64,000 nucleotides of DNA from Sphingobacteriales bacterium (GCA_016708305.1 JADJGB010000002.1:65330-129329), one strand, 5' to 3'; shown: positions 46,399 to 59,080, numbered from the stretch's first letter. Notes: generated by a model not told the origin, from the letters alone. Translations and numbers: made by a program.

Positions 46399-47192
46399 TT
46401 ACCGTCTGAAGGGATTGTTGTACCAAACACCGTCAATCTCCTTTACAAAAATTTCTATCTGATGGTCAAATTTGTTTCGGGTATCATATTGTTGTTTCAG
46501 GTTATTTCCATAGAGGAAAGCTGCAGCCTGATACATTTTTACATTAAACCAGCCTTTATATTCCTTTAGTATATCGTAGCAATCATTTCCGGTTTGCCGG
46601 TTTATCAGCTTCATCAAAATCTCTCCCTGATAGGCTGAAAGATTTTTACCCCGGTCGCTAAAATCGCGCTGATGTCCTTTTCTTTTGCCTGTATGATTGC
46701 TTTTCGGGCGCTTCGGTTGCCCATGTTGTCAAGTTGTGTTTTGATATCGTTGATGGTGGTTCCTGCCGCCTTGGCCAGCGGATAGGTTACATATACCGCA
46801 TTGCGCAACCGTGCCCACTCTGCTTTCACTTTTGCCAGTTCGTAGAGCGACAGGTTAGACAACCAGATATTTTCTTCCTCAATGAAGGGCATCATTTTGA
46901 AGTCATTGTAATCTGTACCATACCAGATGGCCTGCACCTTCAAACTGTCATTTGGCCCCCAGTCTTTCATTATTTCGTGCATGGTGGGCTTGGGCGGAAT
47001 GGGTATGGTATCGGTGTTTTGAGCGCACAATTGACCAGGCGCCAACAATAGCCTTATATTCCAAAAGACCACAATACACATATAATTCAGATAGGTTTTC
47101 AATACTGCAAAGGTACTATAGGTTAGATGTCTTTTATAACCCCGAGGATGAAAAAGCCTTTTAAAGAATGTTAAAAATGTACCCTTTATCAT
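46399..47192 (-). CDS. DUF4294-like protein, frameshift near 46620
   Basis: RLRNAVYVTYPLA; MKLINRQTGNDCYDILKEYKG; YGNNLK. Confidence 0.65.
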
Positions 47193-47221
47193 AAATCATG
47201 AAATAAAGCATACAAAATGAA

Positions 47222-49816
47222 CTAAGCCCGATTTTGACCTTTCAGTTTATTAATACGATGTACCATACTTATGATGGAGCCTATGACCATGATAACGACT
47301 CCTGCCCATAAAACATTGATATAAGGGAACTTATATGCTTTTAGGGTTACATAATCCAGTACATTGGATGATTCCTTTACACCGATATCGGCTTTATTCC
47401 TTTTCACATCGTTCAACTGTAAAACTAAGCTCTGAGACATGATGGTATCTTGCAATTGATAAAGCATCCTATCCTTATTTTTTATCAGTAAAAGGTCTGA
47501 ATTATATGAAGGACCATTCAGCTCCTGCACCTTGATGGCGGCAGAGTACCCTGTGTCAGTTTTTTCAAATCCTTCAATGGGCAGATTGTCCTTCCCGGAT
47601 AATTTTTCTACAATCATATAACCTCGGCTATAATAAATCGTGTCACCGATATTCACTTTATGCGATACAAAATTAGAGGTATCGGTATTTTTCGATTTAT
47701 CAGGCAATGCCGATACATAAGTAAACACATCATGGTTCCAATAATGCCGTGATGACGGATTTGCCATCAGCCCTTCATTTCCTTTATAGTTTACAAATGC
47801 ATTCGGCCAAAGGGTAAAGTTTTCATCCTTCGACTTAAAATCTATCTTAAAATAGGTTTGTTGTTTTTTGGGATGTGCCGAGTCACCCAGGTATGTAACC
47901 TGATATTTACCCATTGTCATAGGAACTCCCTTTACCAGTGTAAGATTTTCGCCTGTTTTTTCTTTACTTTCTTTACCAAAATTTACATTGATGCCACTGG
48001 TATTCAATGACAAAACTACCTTTTTTCCCGAGGAAAGCAGTATGCCCACTACTATCAAACCAAAGCCTAAGTGAGCGATTGATCCGCCTCTTTTCCAGAT
48101 ATTTAATTTTGACCCTGTAAATATATATGCCGCATTAGCAACTACAGCATATACATTAGCCACTAAAGCCAGCCAGATATTGATGAGGAAGCCAAGCCCC
48201 TCCTTTTCATAGTTAATTTTTATTACTACTAAAATAAAGGTGGCAATCAAAGCGCTCACCAAAGTAGGAACTGCCAGTTTCTTTATTAAAAAATCTCTGC
48301 TGGTGGTTTTATATTTAAAGTACTGTCCAATAGCCGTGAGTATGCCGATAATAATGGCCACCAATACCTGTATCTGATTGTATTTGAATTCGCTATCCTC
48401 TCCGGGAGCAGTATTTATATTGAATAGTTTGTTAAATACCGGCAATGAAGTTTGAAAAATGATAATCATTGCTGCCAAAAAGAACACCAATGAACCAATG
48501 AACATCCAAAACTCACGCGAAGATGCGCTTTCTTCTTTTTGACTGGCTGGTATTAATTTATTGGTAAGAACAATAAAAGTAATGACACCGGAAAGAATCA
48601 CATACATCGGGAAACCGGGAATCACATCTGCCAGAAAATAAGTACTTAACGAAAGAATAGCAGTTACTATGGCAATAATGCATCTCTGCTTATTGCTTTT
48701 GGCTGCAAAAAACGGAGCCAGCCACACAAAAACGATCATAAACAGAAATAACTGCCCGTTCATACCGATATCGGCAAAAGCATGAACCGACGACTCACCC
48801 AAAACACCACTTTTTGTAAGAAAGGTAGAGTAAACAATAAATATAAAGGATAAGGCAAAGAAAAGAAATGTAGAACGCAGGGAATAACCTGTCTTTTTAT
48901 AAATCAACATGGTATGCAAGCCCGATACCAAAATCATCCAGGGCACTAATGAGGCATTTTCTACCGGATCCCAAGCCCAGTAGCCGCCAAAATTCAGGGA
49001 TTCGTAAGCCCATTTTGCCCCCATCATGATGCCCAAACCTAATAATGCGATGGCAAATAATGTCCAGGGAATTGCCGATTGAATCCACTCATTAAACTTC
49101 TTTGTCCATAAACCTGTCATTGCAAATGCAAAGGGTATCAAAGTAGAAGCAAAGCCGAGGAATAAAATAGGAGGGTGAATGACCATCCAATAGTTTTGCA
49201 ATAGCGGATTCAGGTCATTTCCATCCTTAATCATTGATAAATAATCAGTTCTGATGGGTTTGGTTACATCAAAATCTATGTGCATGGCGGGCGCCTGGTC
49301 AAACATACCCGAGTCTCTGAGCAAAATAAACGGGTTGGAACCTATTTTTACATCAAAAATGTAAACACCGATAATCATGGTTGCCAGGAAAAACTGGGCG
49401 AAACTAACGATGGCCATTACCGGCGCTTCCCATTGCTTTTCTCTTTTGATAATGATCAGCCCTAAAACGCAATGCCAGAAGGTCCATAACAGGGTGCTTC
49501 CCTCCTGCCCTTCCCAAAAAGCGCTCAATATATATTTAGGCTCCAGCGACAGGCTGCTGTGCTGATAGGCATAGCGATATTCGAACAAATGATGAAACAG
49601 AATGTGGAGCAAAGCGGCAAATATGGCAACTACAGAAACGGCATCAATTATAAAAGCGCTTCTTCCTAATTTCAGCCAACTGTTTTTGTCCTGAATGTTT
49701 TGGCTGTTTACTGCCTTAAAGTAGGCAAAAGCAGCTACAAGAGATGAAACCAATGAAAGAACTACAAAAAAATGCCCTATCTGTCCCGGAAGAAGATGCT
49801 CGCCTGTATAAGTCAT
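47222..49816 (-). CDS. Cytochrome c biogenesis heme lyase (CcmF/CcsA-like, Bacteroidota long form)
   Basis: WEGQEGS, NPLLQNYWMVIHPP, WGGYW-like FGGYWAWDPVENAS, SVHAF. Confidence 0.88.
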   Translation of the reverse strand: MTYTGEHLLPGQIGHFFVVLSLVSSLVAAFAYFKAVNSQNIQDKNSWLKLGRSAFIIDAVSVVAIFAALLHILFHHLFEYRYAYQHSSLSLEPKYILSAFWEGQEGSTLLWTFWHCVLGLIIIKREKQWEAPVMAIVSFAQFFLATMIIGVYIFDVKIGSNPFILLRDSGMFDQAPAMHIDFDVTKPIRTDYLSMIKDGNDLNPLLQNYWMVIHPPILFLGFASTLIPFAFAMTGLWTKKFNEWIQSAIPWTLFAIALLGLGIMMGAKWAYESLNFGGYWAWDPVENASLVPWMILVSGLHTMLIYKKTGYSLRSTFLFFALSFIFIVYSTFLTKSGVLGESSVHAFADIGMNGQLFLFMIVFVWLAPFFAAKSNKQRCIIAIVTAILSLSTYFLADVIPGFPMYVILSGVITFIVLTNKLIPASQKEESASSREFWMFIGSLVFFLAAMIIIFQTSLPVFNKLFNINTAPGEDSEFKYNQIQVLVAIIIGILTAIGQYFKYKTTSRDFLIKKLAVPTLVSALIATFILVVIKINYEKEGLGFLINIWLALVANVYAVVANAAYIFTGSKLNIWKRGGSIAHLGFGLIVVGILLSSGKKVVLSLNTSGINVNFGKESKEKTGENLTLVKGVPMTMGKYQVTYLGDSAHPKKQQTYFKIDFKSKDENFTLWPNAFVNYKGNEGLMANPSSRHYWNHDVFTYVSALPDKSKNTDTSNFVSHKVNIGDTIYYSRGYMIVEKLSGKDNLPIEGFEKTDTGYSAAIKVQELNGPSYNSDLLLIKNKDRMLYQLQDTIMSQSLVLQLNDVKRNKADIGVKESSNVLDYVTLKAYKFPYINVLWAGVVIMVIGSIISMVHRINKLKGQNRA

Positions 49817-49822
49817 CGTGAA

Positions 49823-50272
49823 TTATTGTTTGGATGTAATTGCCTGTTCGATATTATTGTAAGAAGTTTTAGTATCAGTATTACCCGGATGTTTAGAAGC
49901 ATCCTGGTCTTTATATTTACTTGGGCACTTGGTTTGAATACTCTGACAAACAAATTTGCCGTCTTCATATTTTCCTTTCATAACCAACTTTTCGCTCAGT
50001 TCAAAATTCTCGGGTTTGGGATTATGATAGACTACGTTTATTTTTTCGCCCAGACTGTCTATTGCTGTGAAAGTCAAATAGTTAGGATTTTTAAGCGCAT
50101 CATATTCCAGTGGCTCGGCTTTATCCCATTTTGCCATCAGGTGCACAAATTTACCCGGTTTCGCCTTGGCAGTGGCCACTGTGTCATAAGTAGTGGTTGT
50201 TTGCAAAAAACTTACCAACACGGCAATTGCCCCTGCAATAAGTACTAATAAAATTATATGTATCTTTTTCAT
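49823..50272 (-). CDS. ccmE: Cytochrome c maturation protein CcmE (CxxxY variant)
   Basis: KPENFE...VMKG, TKCPSKY. Confidence 0.8.
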   Translation of the reverse strand: MKKIHIILLVLIAGAIAVLVSFLQTTTTYDTVATAKAKPGKFVHLMAKWDKAEPLEYDALKNPNYLTFTAIDSLGEKINVVYHNPKPENFELSEKLVMKGKYEDGKFVCQSIQTKCPSKYKDQDASKHPGNTDTKTSYNNIEQAITSKQ

Positions 50273-50541
50273 CTAATTGATTACACCTTTTTGCGAAAGT
50301 ACATTAAAAACTGCTATCCTTATCAAGTAACAGCATAACAGACTATTTGTTGGAGATTACAGACATATTTTTATTAATCCAAAATAAATAGAAGAATAAG
50401 GAAAATCATTGTGAAACTGCAAAAACAAGCCATCTAATTATTGAGAATGAGTGATTTATTTTAGATATTTATGAATATATATTAATAACAATGCCAACAA
50501 GATGACGTACTAAATTGGATGTTAGCTCATAAAAAGAATGA

Positions 50542-50549
50542 TATATTTG
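50542..50549 (+). promoter_or_regulatory. -7 promoter box TATATTTG
   Basis: Consensus match 78 bp upstream of the type IIG gene. Confidence 0.45.
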
Positions 50550-50627
50550 CTACCGAAAATTAGAATTCAGGTTCAGAAATAGGCTATCACTTAACAAAAA
50601 TCAACTCTCCTTTAGTAATTTAGCAAA

Positions 50628-53579
50628 ATGGTAACCAAGGAACAAGCTTTACTTAAAATAAAATCGTTGGTGGAGCGGTTTGACGAGCAAAAAGAATTTT
50701 ACAGACGGGCAGACTACAACGAAACGCAGACTAGAAGGGATTTCATTGATCCGTTTTGGAAAGCGCTCGGTTGGGATATAGACAATGAAAACGGTTATGC
50801 AGAAAGTTACCGTGAAGTCATTCACGAAGACCGTGTAAAAGTGGGCGGAGCAACAAAAGCGCCTGATTATTCATTCAGACTTGTTGGTGGTAAACGACTT
50901 TTTTTTCTCGAAGCCAAAAAACCAAGCGTTTTAATCAAAGACGACATTGCACCGGCTTACCAGGTTCGCAGATATGGGTGGAGCGCCAAAATGCCGATTT
51001 CGGTAATTACAGATTTTGAAGAATTTGCAATTTATGATTGTAATATTAAACCTAAGCCCAATGATATAGCCAGTAACGGGCGAATAAAATATTTTACTTA
51101 TTCGGAGTATCTAAACGAGTTCGATTTTATTTGGGATACCTTCGCAAAAGAACGAGTGCTCAAAGGTAGTTTCGACAAATACATTACTAACGACAAAAAC
51201 AAAAAAGGAACTTCGACCGTTGATAACGAGTTTCTGCAATCGCTCGACAAATGGCGTGTGGAACTTGCCGTAAATATTGCTCTTCGTAACAAAAACATTT
51301 CCGAAGACGAACTGAATTTTATCGTTCAGCACACGATTGACCGAATCATATTTTTGAGAATTGCCGAAGACCGAAGTGTTGAACCTTACGGAGATTTGCA
51401 AACCGACATCAAAAGCGGAGATTTTTACCAAAACCTTTTGTATCGTTTTCATCAAGCCGACCAAAAATATAATTCGGGACTTTTTGATTTTGCGAAAGAC
51501 AAAATCAGCGACAAAATTTCGATTGATAACAAAGTTATCAAAAACATTATTTCGGAATTGTATTATCCGATTTGTCCTTATGAATTTTCGGTTTTATCGG
51601 TTGAAATTTTAGGAAGTGCTTATGAGCAATTTCTCGGAAAACAAATCACACTTTCTAAAAGTGGCAAAGCTACCATTGAAGAAAAGCCCGAAGTAAGAAA
51701 AGCAGGTGGCGTTTATTACACACCGCAATACATCGTAGATTACATTGTAAAAAACACGATCGGAAAACTCATTGACGGTTCGACTGGCTCACCACTCACT
51801 CCAAAAGAAATAAGCAAACTGAAAATAGCTGATCCTGCCTGTGGCAGTGGCAGTTTCTTGATAGGTGTTTATCAGTTTTTGCTTGATTGGCACAAAGATT
51901 TTTACACGCAAAATGGGGCTTCGACAGGCACAGCCGCCGCTATTGCAAAGGGTAGAAAAAACGATGTATTGACGCCAAATGGCGAACTTACAACAGCCGA
52001 AAAGAAACGCATTTTGCTCAACAATATTTACGGTGTGGACTTGGACAGCAACGCCGTGGAAGTAACAAAATTGAGTTTGCTTTTAAAATGTATGGAAGGA
52101 GAAACCAAAGAAACCATTGAAGCCCAAACCAAATTATTTCACGACCGCATTTTGCCAACGCTTGACAACAACATCAAGAGCGGAAATTCTTTAATTGACC
52201 TCGATTATTACGACAATGAACTCAATTTTGGCGAAGAACGAAAGGTAAAGCCTTTTTCCTGGCAAAAAGCATTTCCAGATGTGTTTGAAAGAGATGTGGA
52301 AATAGACAAAAGATTGCCATACAAAAAGCAGTATGAAAAGATAAAGAAATTACAATATGATACCGACCAACTTATTGAACAATTAAGAGTAGAAGAACTA
52401 CAAATTGCTTATGGTAAAAAACGCAATTTCGGATTTGATATAGTCATTGGAAATCCACCGTATGTAAAGGTTTCGGACAAAAAGATTTTTGACTACTTCA
52501 ACAACAAATTCATTTACCAAGATTATCAACAAGACTTATATTTACTCTTTTTGGAACAATATAAAAATCTGTTAATTACGGGTGGAAAATTGGGCATAAT
52601 CATTCCAAATACTTGGCTGCAAAGTATTAAGTTTCGCAATATTAGACAGTATTTGGTAAACAACTATTACTGGGAGCGAATTCTACATATCAAAGAACAC
52701 ATCTTTAAAGCGGTTGTGGACACACACATTTTGATTTTTGAGAAAAATAATTACATCAAAAATTACGATGTGCAAATTGACGTTTTAGCGAAAAAGGAAA
52801 TTGCTCCGCTACATACAATTAATCAAAATCAACTACCTGACAACGGCGATATCATCAACATTTTGGCAAGCGAAGTTGAAAAGAAATTGTTTGAAAAAAT
52901 AAAAAGCAAATCTACTTTTATTAAAGATGAATGTTTTTCAAACATAGGTGTAAAACCGTTTCAAGTTGGTAAAGGGAAGCCAAAACAAACAAGAGAAACT
53001 GTAAATACAAAACCTTTTGTTGTTGAAAATGCCCCAAAACCAAATGGCAAAAATTGGTTGCCTTTGATGCGTGGAAGTTTAATGAACAGATACTCAAATT
53101 TTTGGAATAACAACAGTTGGATTGAATATGGCGAATGGCTTGCAGAACCTAAAAAGCCTGAAATTTTTGAAGCAGAAGAAAAAAATTATTGTTCGTCAAA
53201 CAGGCGACAAAATTGTAGCAACAATTATTGGGAGAAATGTTATTGCAAGAGATAATTTACATATAATTATATCAAACGAAATAAGTCATAAATTCATTTT
53301 GGGGTTTCTAAATTCAAGATTAACAGATTTTTATTATCAGCAAATCAATCCCGAACGTGGCGAAGTTTTGGCACAAGTAAAAAAAGGACACATTGAACAG
53401 TTACTAATTCCCAAAAACGTTTCAGACAAACAAGAACAAGAAATCATCAAACACGTAGATCAACTTTTACAACTTAACAAGGACAAGCAAAACACAACTT
53501 TGCCCAACCAACTTGAAATGATTAACAACAGAATTGAATACGCAGAAAGGAAAATAAACGACTTGGTTTATGTTTTTTT
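50628..53579 (+). CDS. Type IIG restriction-modification enzyme (nuclease + N6-MTase + TaqI-like TRD); frameshift near 53180, 3' end truncated
   Basis: PDY...LEAKK, GVYYTP, DPACGSGSF, GNPPY, IVRQTGDKI..FILGFLNS. Confidence 0.88.
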
Positions 53580-53652
53580 TGTTGGGCTGTTTGGAAGCTG
53601 GCTTTTCTGGTTTTTTTTCATGGAGGTACATAAAATCCCCTACCCATAAATA

Positions 53653-54754
53653 TCAGTTCACAGGCACAGTTTGTTTTTCCATTAAATATTTTTCAGGCGG
53701 CCCACGTTTGCCAAACACTTCAATCGTTATCATGGTTCCGGTTTTGCAACAGGGGCATTTGCGTAGCAATGTCTTTGCTTTTGCCTCCGGCCTTTTTTAC
53801 TTTCAATTCACTTTGCAATGCCTGCAGTTTTCCCCGCTTCCGGTGCTGCTCAGGATTCCATAATGGCGGATACGTACAAAACGTAAGGGTAATATGTGCT
53901 GCGCAAACCGACGTACAAATTCACGATGGCTTAACCGCATCGTCTTGTTGATACCTTGCTCTCGGTAATCTTTATACGAAAAGGCAACATCAATATCCGT
54001 TACCTCCTGTAACCGATGATTGCTGATCGCTACTTTGTGCGTATATCTTCCCAAGTATTCTATCACCTGTCTGGGGCCAGCAAAAGGGCGTTTGGCATAC
54101 ACTACCCAATCTTTGTGAAACAGGCATTCTATAAGCGGCTTGTCTGCCACTCCACGCTCTCTTAACTGCTGCACATATTTTGCCCTAAATACTTTGCTTA
54201 AAGCCTTTACCGAAAACAGATATTTATTACTGCGCATTGCTTTTGCCATCGGCCATGCTTATCTATTCCTCCTCCGGGAATGATGCAATGAAGGTGTGGG
54301 TGCAAGCTTAGGTTCTGCCCCATGTGTGCAGAATGCTTATCATCCCCAATTGCACTGCGGTGTTGCGGCCAAACTGGCTCACCGTTTGCCATACCGATTT
54401 AAATAGTGCATCATATACCAATGCAGGCTGGTGCAATGCCAGAGGGTTTAACTCCTGCGGTAAGGTGAACACCAGATGATAATAAGTGCAAGGCAGTAAG
54501 TCTTGTTCTCGTTTTGCTATCCATTCTTCCCTCTTATGTCCCTGACACTTGGGGCAATGCCTGTTTCTGCAACTGTTGTAGCTGATGCTGATATGCCCAC
54601 ATCCATCACAGGCATCTACATGCCCGCCTAATGCCGGTGTGCGGCATAGTTCTATTGCCCTGAGTGTCCTTAGTTGATGGCTGTTCAAGCCTATCTGTTC
54701 TCTGTCATTGCCCAGACCCCGGATTACATCGGCTACTTCACAGGCGGGGCGCAT
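53653..54754 (-). CDS. IS91-family (Y2 HUH) transposase, frameshifted
   Basis: CRTPALGGH..C..C, YNSCRNRHCPKCQ, HLVFTLP, LHTWG, HPHLHCIIPGGG, YLGRYTHKVAISN, RIRHYG. Confidence 0.9.
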
Positions 54755-55710
54755 CGGGCAAACAGGGTGTCTAAGGGACTAAACATTCTACGGTCATCCA
54801 ACTGGCAGATGTGCAGGTACTCCATTGTAGTTTCTATATTGGCATGACCCATCAGTTCTTTGAGGGTTACGATGTTCATACCATCTTCCAGCAAATGGCA
54901 GGCATAGGTATGCCGCAATGTGTGTACGCATACTTCCTTGACGATCCCTGCATCTTTGGCTATTCGCTTCACTGCCCATTGCACGCCTCGCTGGCTGTAG
55001 CGGCCATCAAAGCCCTGGCCTTGTGGATTGCCGCTGCCGGTGAACAACCACCCTACCGGACGTTCAGCGGCTATGTACTTTTTTAATCCTCGTATGAGAT
55101 GTTCGCTCAGCGGTACCATCCGGTCTTTGCGGCCTTTGCTCTGGCGGATATGCAATAGTTTTCTTTCAAAATCCATATCTGCCAGCCGGATGTTTCTGAC
55201 TTCCATACAGCGCAGTCCGCATCCATACAACAGTCCGATGAGCATCTTATGTTTGAGCAGTGTAGCGGCATTTAGCATTTGCCATACTTCCTGCTTGCTT
55301 AGTACGGTGGGTAGTTTTTTATCCCGTTTGATAGAAGGAAGATGAAGGTGACTATAAGGCAGCCCCTCGCCTTTTGAGCATAAAGCGCAATCCGTAAACG
55401 GTGTGTTTGAAATAAGTCTGAGATGGAGTTTTACTGCGTTGCTGCAGTTCGTAGAGATAGTCTTTGATTTGGTCTTCGTCCAATTCCGTTGGCAAGCAGC
55501 CAAAGTGCAAGGCCCATGGCTGCTATGTGACGGCTGTAGTTATCAAAGGTGCGTGGACTTCTGCCGAGGATGGAGATGTTGCGTTCAAAACGTTGCGGCA
55601 GTTCTGCAAATCCATTAACTTCACCCTTCGGTTGCACTCAGGGCAGGCTTTGGCACGATTGAGATATTTATTATACCTCAGTTCTTCCGGCGATTTTTTT
55701 TTGTTGCCAT
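54733..55710 (-). CDS. Tyrosine recombinase/integrase, frameshifted
   Basis: LPTVLS, LYGCGLR..E, SKGRKDR, HTLRHTYA.HLLE, LMGH....TT..Y. Confidence 0.9.
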
Positions 55711-55970
55711 AATAAATTGTATTTTAGTGAATGCTAAATTTACGGATAGTTGCGGAAGGCTACCGTAGGTTTAGTTCAACAAGCAGTTTGGCAAGAATGG
55801 GGTTGATGTGCAAGCGGTATATGCTCAAATAGCCAAATAAAATACTAATTCTGCCAACGCAATATTGCTATAAGCCGGGTTATCGGTTTAAAAATCAACA
55901 AAGAAAACATAAACAAGAAATGCCGTCATAGATTTCAGTTTATTTATATTTGCACAAATTACTTTGCTAT

Positions 55971-57124
55971 ATGGATTTTAATTTTACCGAAGAACAATTG
56001 ATGATTCAGCAGGCTGCTGGGATTTTGCCCAAAATGAATGTTTACCTGGTGTTATTGAAAGAGACGAAAAGCAGATTTTCCCAAAAGAACAGGTTGAAAA
56101 ACTGGCTGAACTCGGATTTCTGGGCATGATGGTAAAGCCCGAATATGGCGGAGCAGGCATGGATACGGTGAGCTACGTACTGGCAATGGAGGAAATATCC
56201 AAAGTGGATGCCAGCACAGCGGTGGTGATGAGCGTAAACAACAGTTTGGTGTGCTACGGCTTGCAGGAATTTGGCACCGAAGAACAAAAACAAAAATACC
56301 TGATGCCATTGGCACAAGGCAAAAAGGATGGTCAGTTATACATCGGAGCCTTTATGCTTAGCGAACCCGAAGCCGGAAGTGACGCCACCCACCAGCGCAC
56401 CATTGCAGAGGACAAAGGCGACCATTACCTGCTTAATGGCACCAAAAACTGGATTACCAACGGCGGAACCGCCTCTGTGTATTTAGTAATGGCGCAAACG
56501 GATGCCTCCAAGGGAAGCAGGGGCATCAATACGCTTATTGTTGAAAAAAACTGGCCGGGAGTAACTGTGGCCAAAAAGGAAAACAAACTGGGCATCAGGA
56601 GCAGTGATACACACACTGTAATGTTTACAGATGTAAAAGTGCCCAAAGAAAACAAGATAGGTAATGAGGGATTCGGTTTCAAATTTGCTATGAAAACCTT
56701 AGAGGGTGGGCGTATCGGCATAGCCTCTCAGGCATTGGGCATTGCATCAGGCGCTTTTGAAAGAGCAAGAGACTATTCTAAAGTAAGAAAGGCTTTTGGC
56801 ACCGAAATTATGAATCACCAGGTGATTGCCTTCAAATTAGCCGATATGGCGCTGAAAATTGAAACATCACGCCTGCTTTGCCTCAAAGCGGCCTGGCTCA
56901 AGGATACCCATCAGGACTATGCAGTGGCTTCTGCTATGGCAAAATTGCATGCAAGCGAAACAGCAATGTGGACAACCGTTGAAGCAGTACAAGTTCATGG
57001 CGGATACGGTTATGTGCGCGAGTATCATGTAGAAAGACTGATGCGCGATGCCAAAATCACTCAGATTTACGAAGGCACCAGCGAAATACAGCGTATCGTA
57101 ATCAGCCGAAGCATTCTGAAATAA
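55971..57124 (+). CDS. Acyl-CoA dehydrogenase, N-terminal frameshift near 56020
   Basis: LSEPEAGSD, GTKNWITNG, LEGGRIGIA, QVHGGYGY, IYEGTSEIQ; TATATTTG box at 55945-55952. Confidence 0.92.
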
Positions 57125-57229
57125 TCTGTTTTTTTTCCAAGTCGGCCAGCCTAAATCAGCCGAAGAATAAAACAAAGCGGATACATTGCATTATCTTATC
57201 TTTGCGCCTCAAAAAATTTGTAATCAATA

Positions 57230-59080
57230 ATGAATTTTGACCGTAATACCGTTTTAGGGTTTACACTATTGGCAGTACTTTTTTTTCTATACTTTTATTT
57301 TAACAGTCAGGAACAGGCTGCTTTTCAAAAGGACAAAGCAATTAAGGATTCTATTGCCAATGCTCTAAAACCAAAAGTTGACTCCGCTACTGCCCGTATT
57401 GATTCAATAAGAATTGATTCTCAACAACATGTAACCAAGGCAGGTGAGTTTGTAAATGCCGCCATCGGAAAAGAAGAATTGGTTATCGCCGAAAACAGTG
57501 TGTTCAAAATTGCATTTACAAACAAAGGCGGCCAACCTAAATATGTGGAACTGAAAAAGTTCAAAAATTCATTGGACAACCAGTACGTAAAATTAGCGGC
57601 CACAAAATTCAACAATCTCAGTTATCAAATAAATACCGGAGAAAACAAAAGTACCGAAACATCCGATTTGTTTTTTTCCAATGGCAAGGTGGAAGCAGGG
57701 CCTAATGGATCGCAATTAGTTACATTTCAATTAAATACAGGAGACAGCGCTTTATCAGCATCTGCAATTACACACCAATATATTATCTATCCAGATGATT
57801 ATAATATTGACCTGAATATCAATCTGGCGCAGCCTGCCAAATTTCTGTCACAGGGCAAAATGAACCTTACCTGGCAGTATGAAGTAGTGCAGCAGGAAAA
57901 GGACATGAATTTTGAAAAACAAAATACGCAAATCGGTTATATCGAAGATAATGACTTTGATTATTATACCATTAGCAGAAAAAGCCATGTTTCTTTCAAT
58001 AAAGATGTAAAATGGATTGGTGTAAGACAGCGGTTTTTTAATGCATATTTATCTGCCAAGAATAATTTTACCGGAGGTGAAATGAATTGGGTACTACCGT
58101 CTGACAGTAGCCTCCACAGTATTGTAAAAAGTACAGCCACTATGCAGTTAAAGGTAGGGAGCAACCAAATTCCCTTGAATATATATTATGGACCTGCTGA
58201 TTATAATATCTTGAAGAAATATGACAATGGTTATAGCAAATTGGTAAATCTGGGGCAGGGTATGTACGCTTTTGTTCGCCCTTTAAACCAGTATGTTATC
58301 ATCCCGATATTCAATTTCTTCAAAACGCTAAATCTTGGTTTTGGCATTATTATTTTGCTGCTCACCTTCTTTATCAGACTGGTGATTTCGCCATTAACCT
58401 ACTCCAGCTATCTCAGCGGGTCAAAAATGAAGGTGTTGCGCCCCGAAATTGCACAACTAAAGGCAAAATACGGAGATGACCAGCAGGCAATGAGTATGGA
58501 GCAAATGAAACTGTTCAGAGAAGCGGGTGTAAATCCACTGGGCGGGTGCATTCCGGCATTACTGCAAATACCCATCTTTTTTGCGCTCTATAGCTTCTTT
58601 AATGCAAGTCTTGACCTGCGCGGCGCAGAATTTTTATGGGCTAATGACCTCTCAGCGTTTGATGATCCTATCAAATTTCGCTTTCATATACCGCTTTTAG
58701 GCAGCCACCTGAGTTTATTTACGGTCACAGCTACACTTACCAGTCTTTTGATTACTATTTACGGGATGAGCATGTCGCCCGACCAAAGTAATCCGATGAT
58801 GAAGTACATGCCGTATATCTTCCCGTTTTTCATGTTATTTTTCTTCAACAACATGCCGTCGGCGCTCACATGGTATTATACGGTATCCAATCTGGTAACG
58901 CTGGGACTACAGTTTGTGATTCAGAATTATATTATTGACCATAATAAGATTTTGGCAAAAATTCAGGAAACCCGAAAGAAGCCGAAAGCAAAATCGAAGT
59001 GGCAGGAAAGGTTGGAACAAATGCAGTCCACCCAAAAAGATCTTCAGGAAAGACAACAGAAGATAAAAAATAAAAAATAG
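57230..59080 (+). CDS. yidC: Membrane protein insertase YidC
   Basis: KMKVLRPEI, GVNPLGGCIP.LLQIPIF, FLWANDLS, LTWYYTVSNL; TATCTTTG box at 57197-57204. Confidence 0.95.
   Translation: MNFDRNTVLGFTLLAVLFFLYFYFNSQEQAAFQKDKAIKDSIANALKPKVDSATARIDSIRIDSQQHVTKAGEFVNAAIGKEELVIAENSVFKIAFTNKGGQPKYVELKKFKNSLDNQYVKLAATKFNNLSYQINTGENKSTETSDLFFSNGKVEAGPNGSQLVTFQLNTGDSALSASAITHQYIIYPDDYNIDLNINLAQPAKFLSQGKMNLTWQYEVVQQEKDMNFEKQNTQIGYIEDNDFDYYTISRKSHVSFNKDVKWIGVRQRFFNAYLSAKNNFTGGEMNWVLPSDSSLHSIVKSTATMQLKVGSNQIPLNIYYGPADYNILKKYDNGYSKLVNLGQGMYAFVRPLNQYVIIPIFNFFKTLNLGFGIIILLLTFFIRLVISPLTYSSYLSGSKMKVLRPEIAQLKAKYGDDQQAMSMEQMKLFREAGVNPLGGCIPALLQIPIFFALYSFFNASLDLRGAEFLWANDLSAFDDPIKFRFHIPLLGSHLSLFTVTATLTSLLITIYGMSMSPDQSNPMMKYMPYIFPFFMLFFFNNMPSALTWYYTVSNLVTLGLQFVIQNYIIDHNKILAKIQETRKKPKAKSKWQERLEQMQSTQKDLQERQQKIKNKK

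Larger units (their letters stand above)
53580..55781 (-). mobile_element. Tyrosine recombinase + IS91-family transposase element, ~2.2 kb; ends approximate
   Basis: Gene pair known from a subgroup of IS91-family elements; TGTTG at the left end and GTTCAACA at the right end; no TSD seen. Confidence 0.65.

Noticed and set aside
47222-50272. ccmE with CxxxY instead of HxxxY
   Set aside because: A known CcmE variant in several lineages, not new
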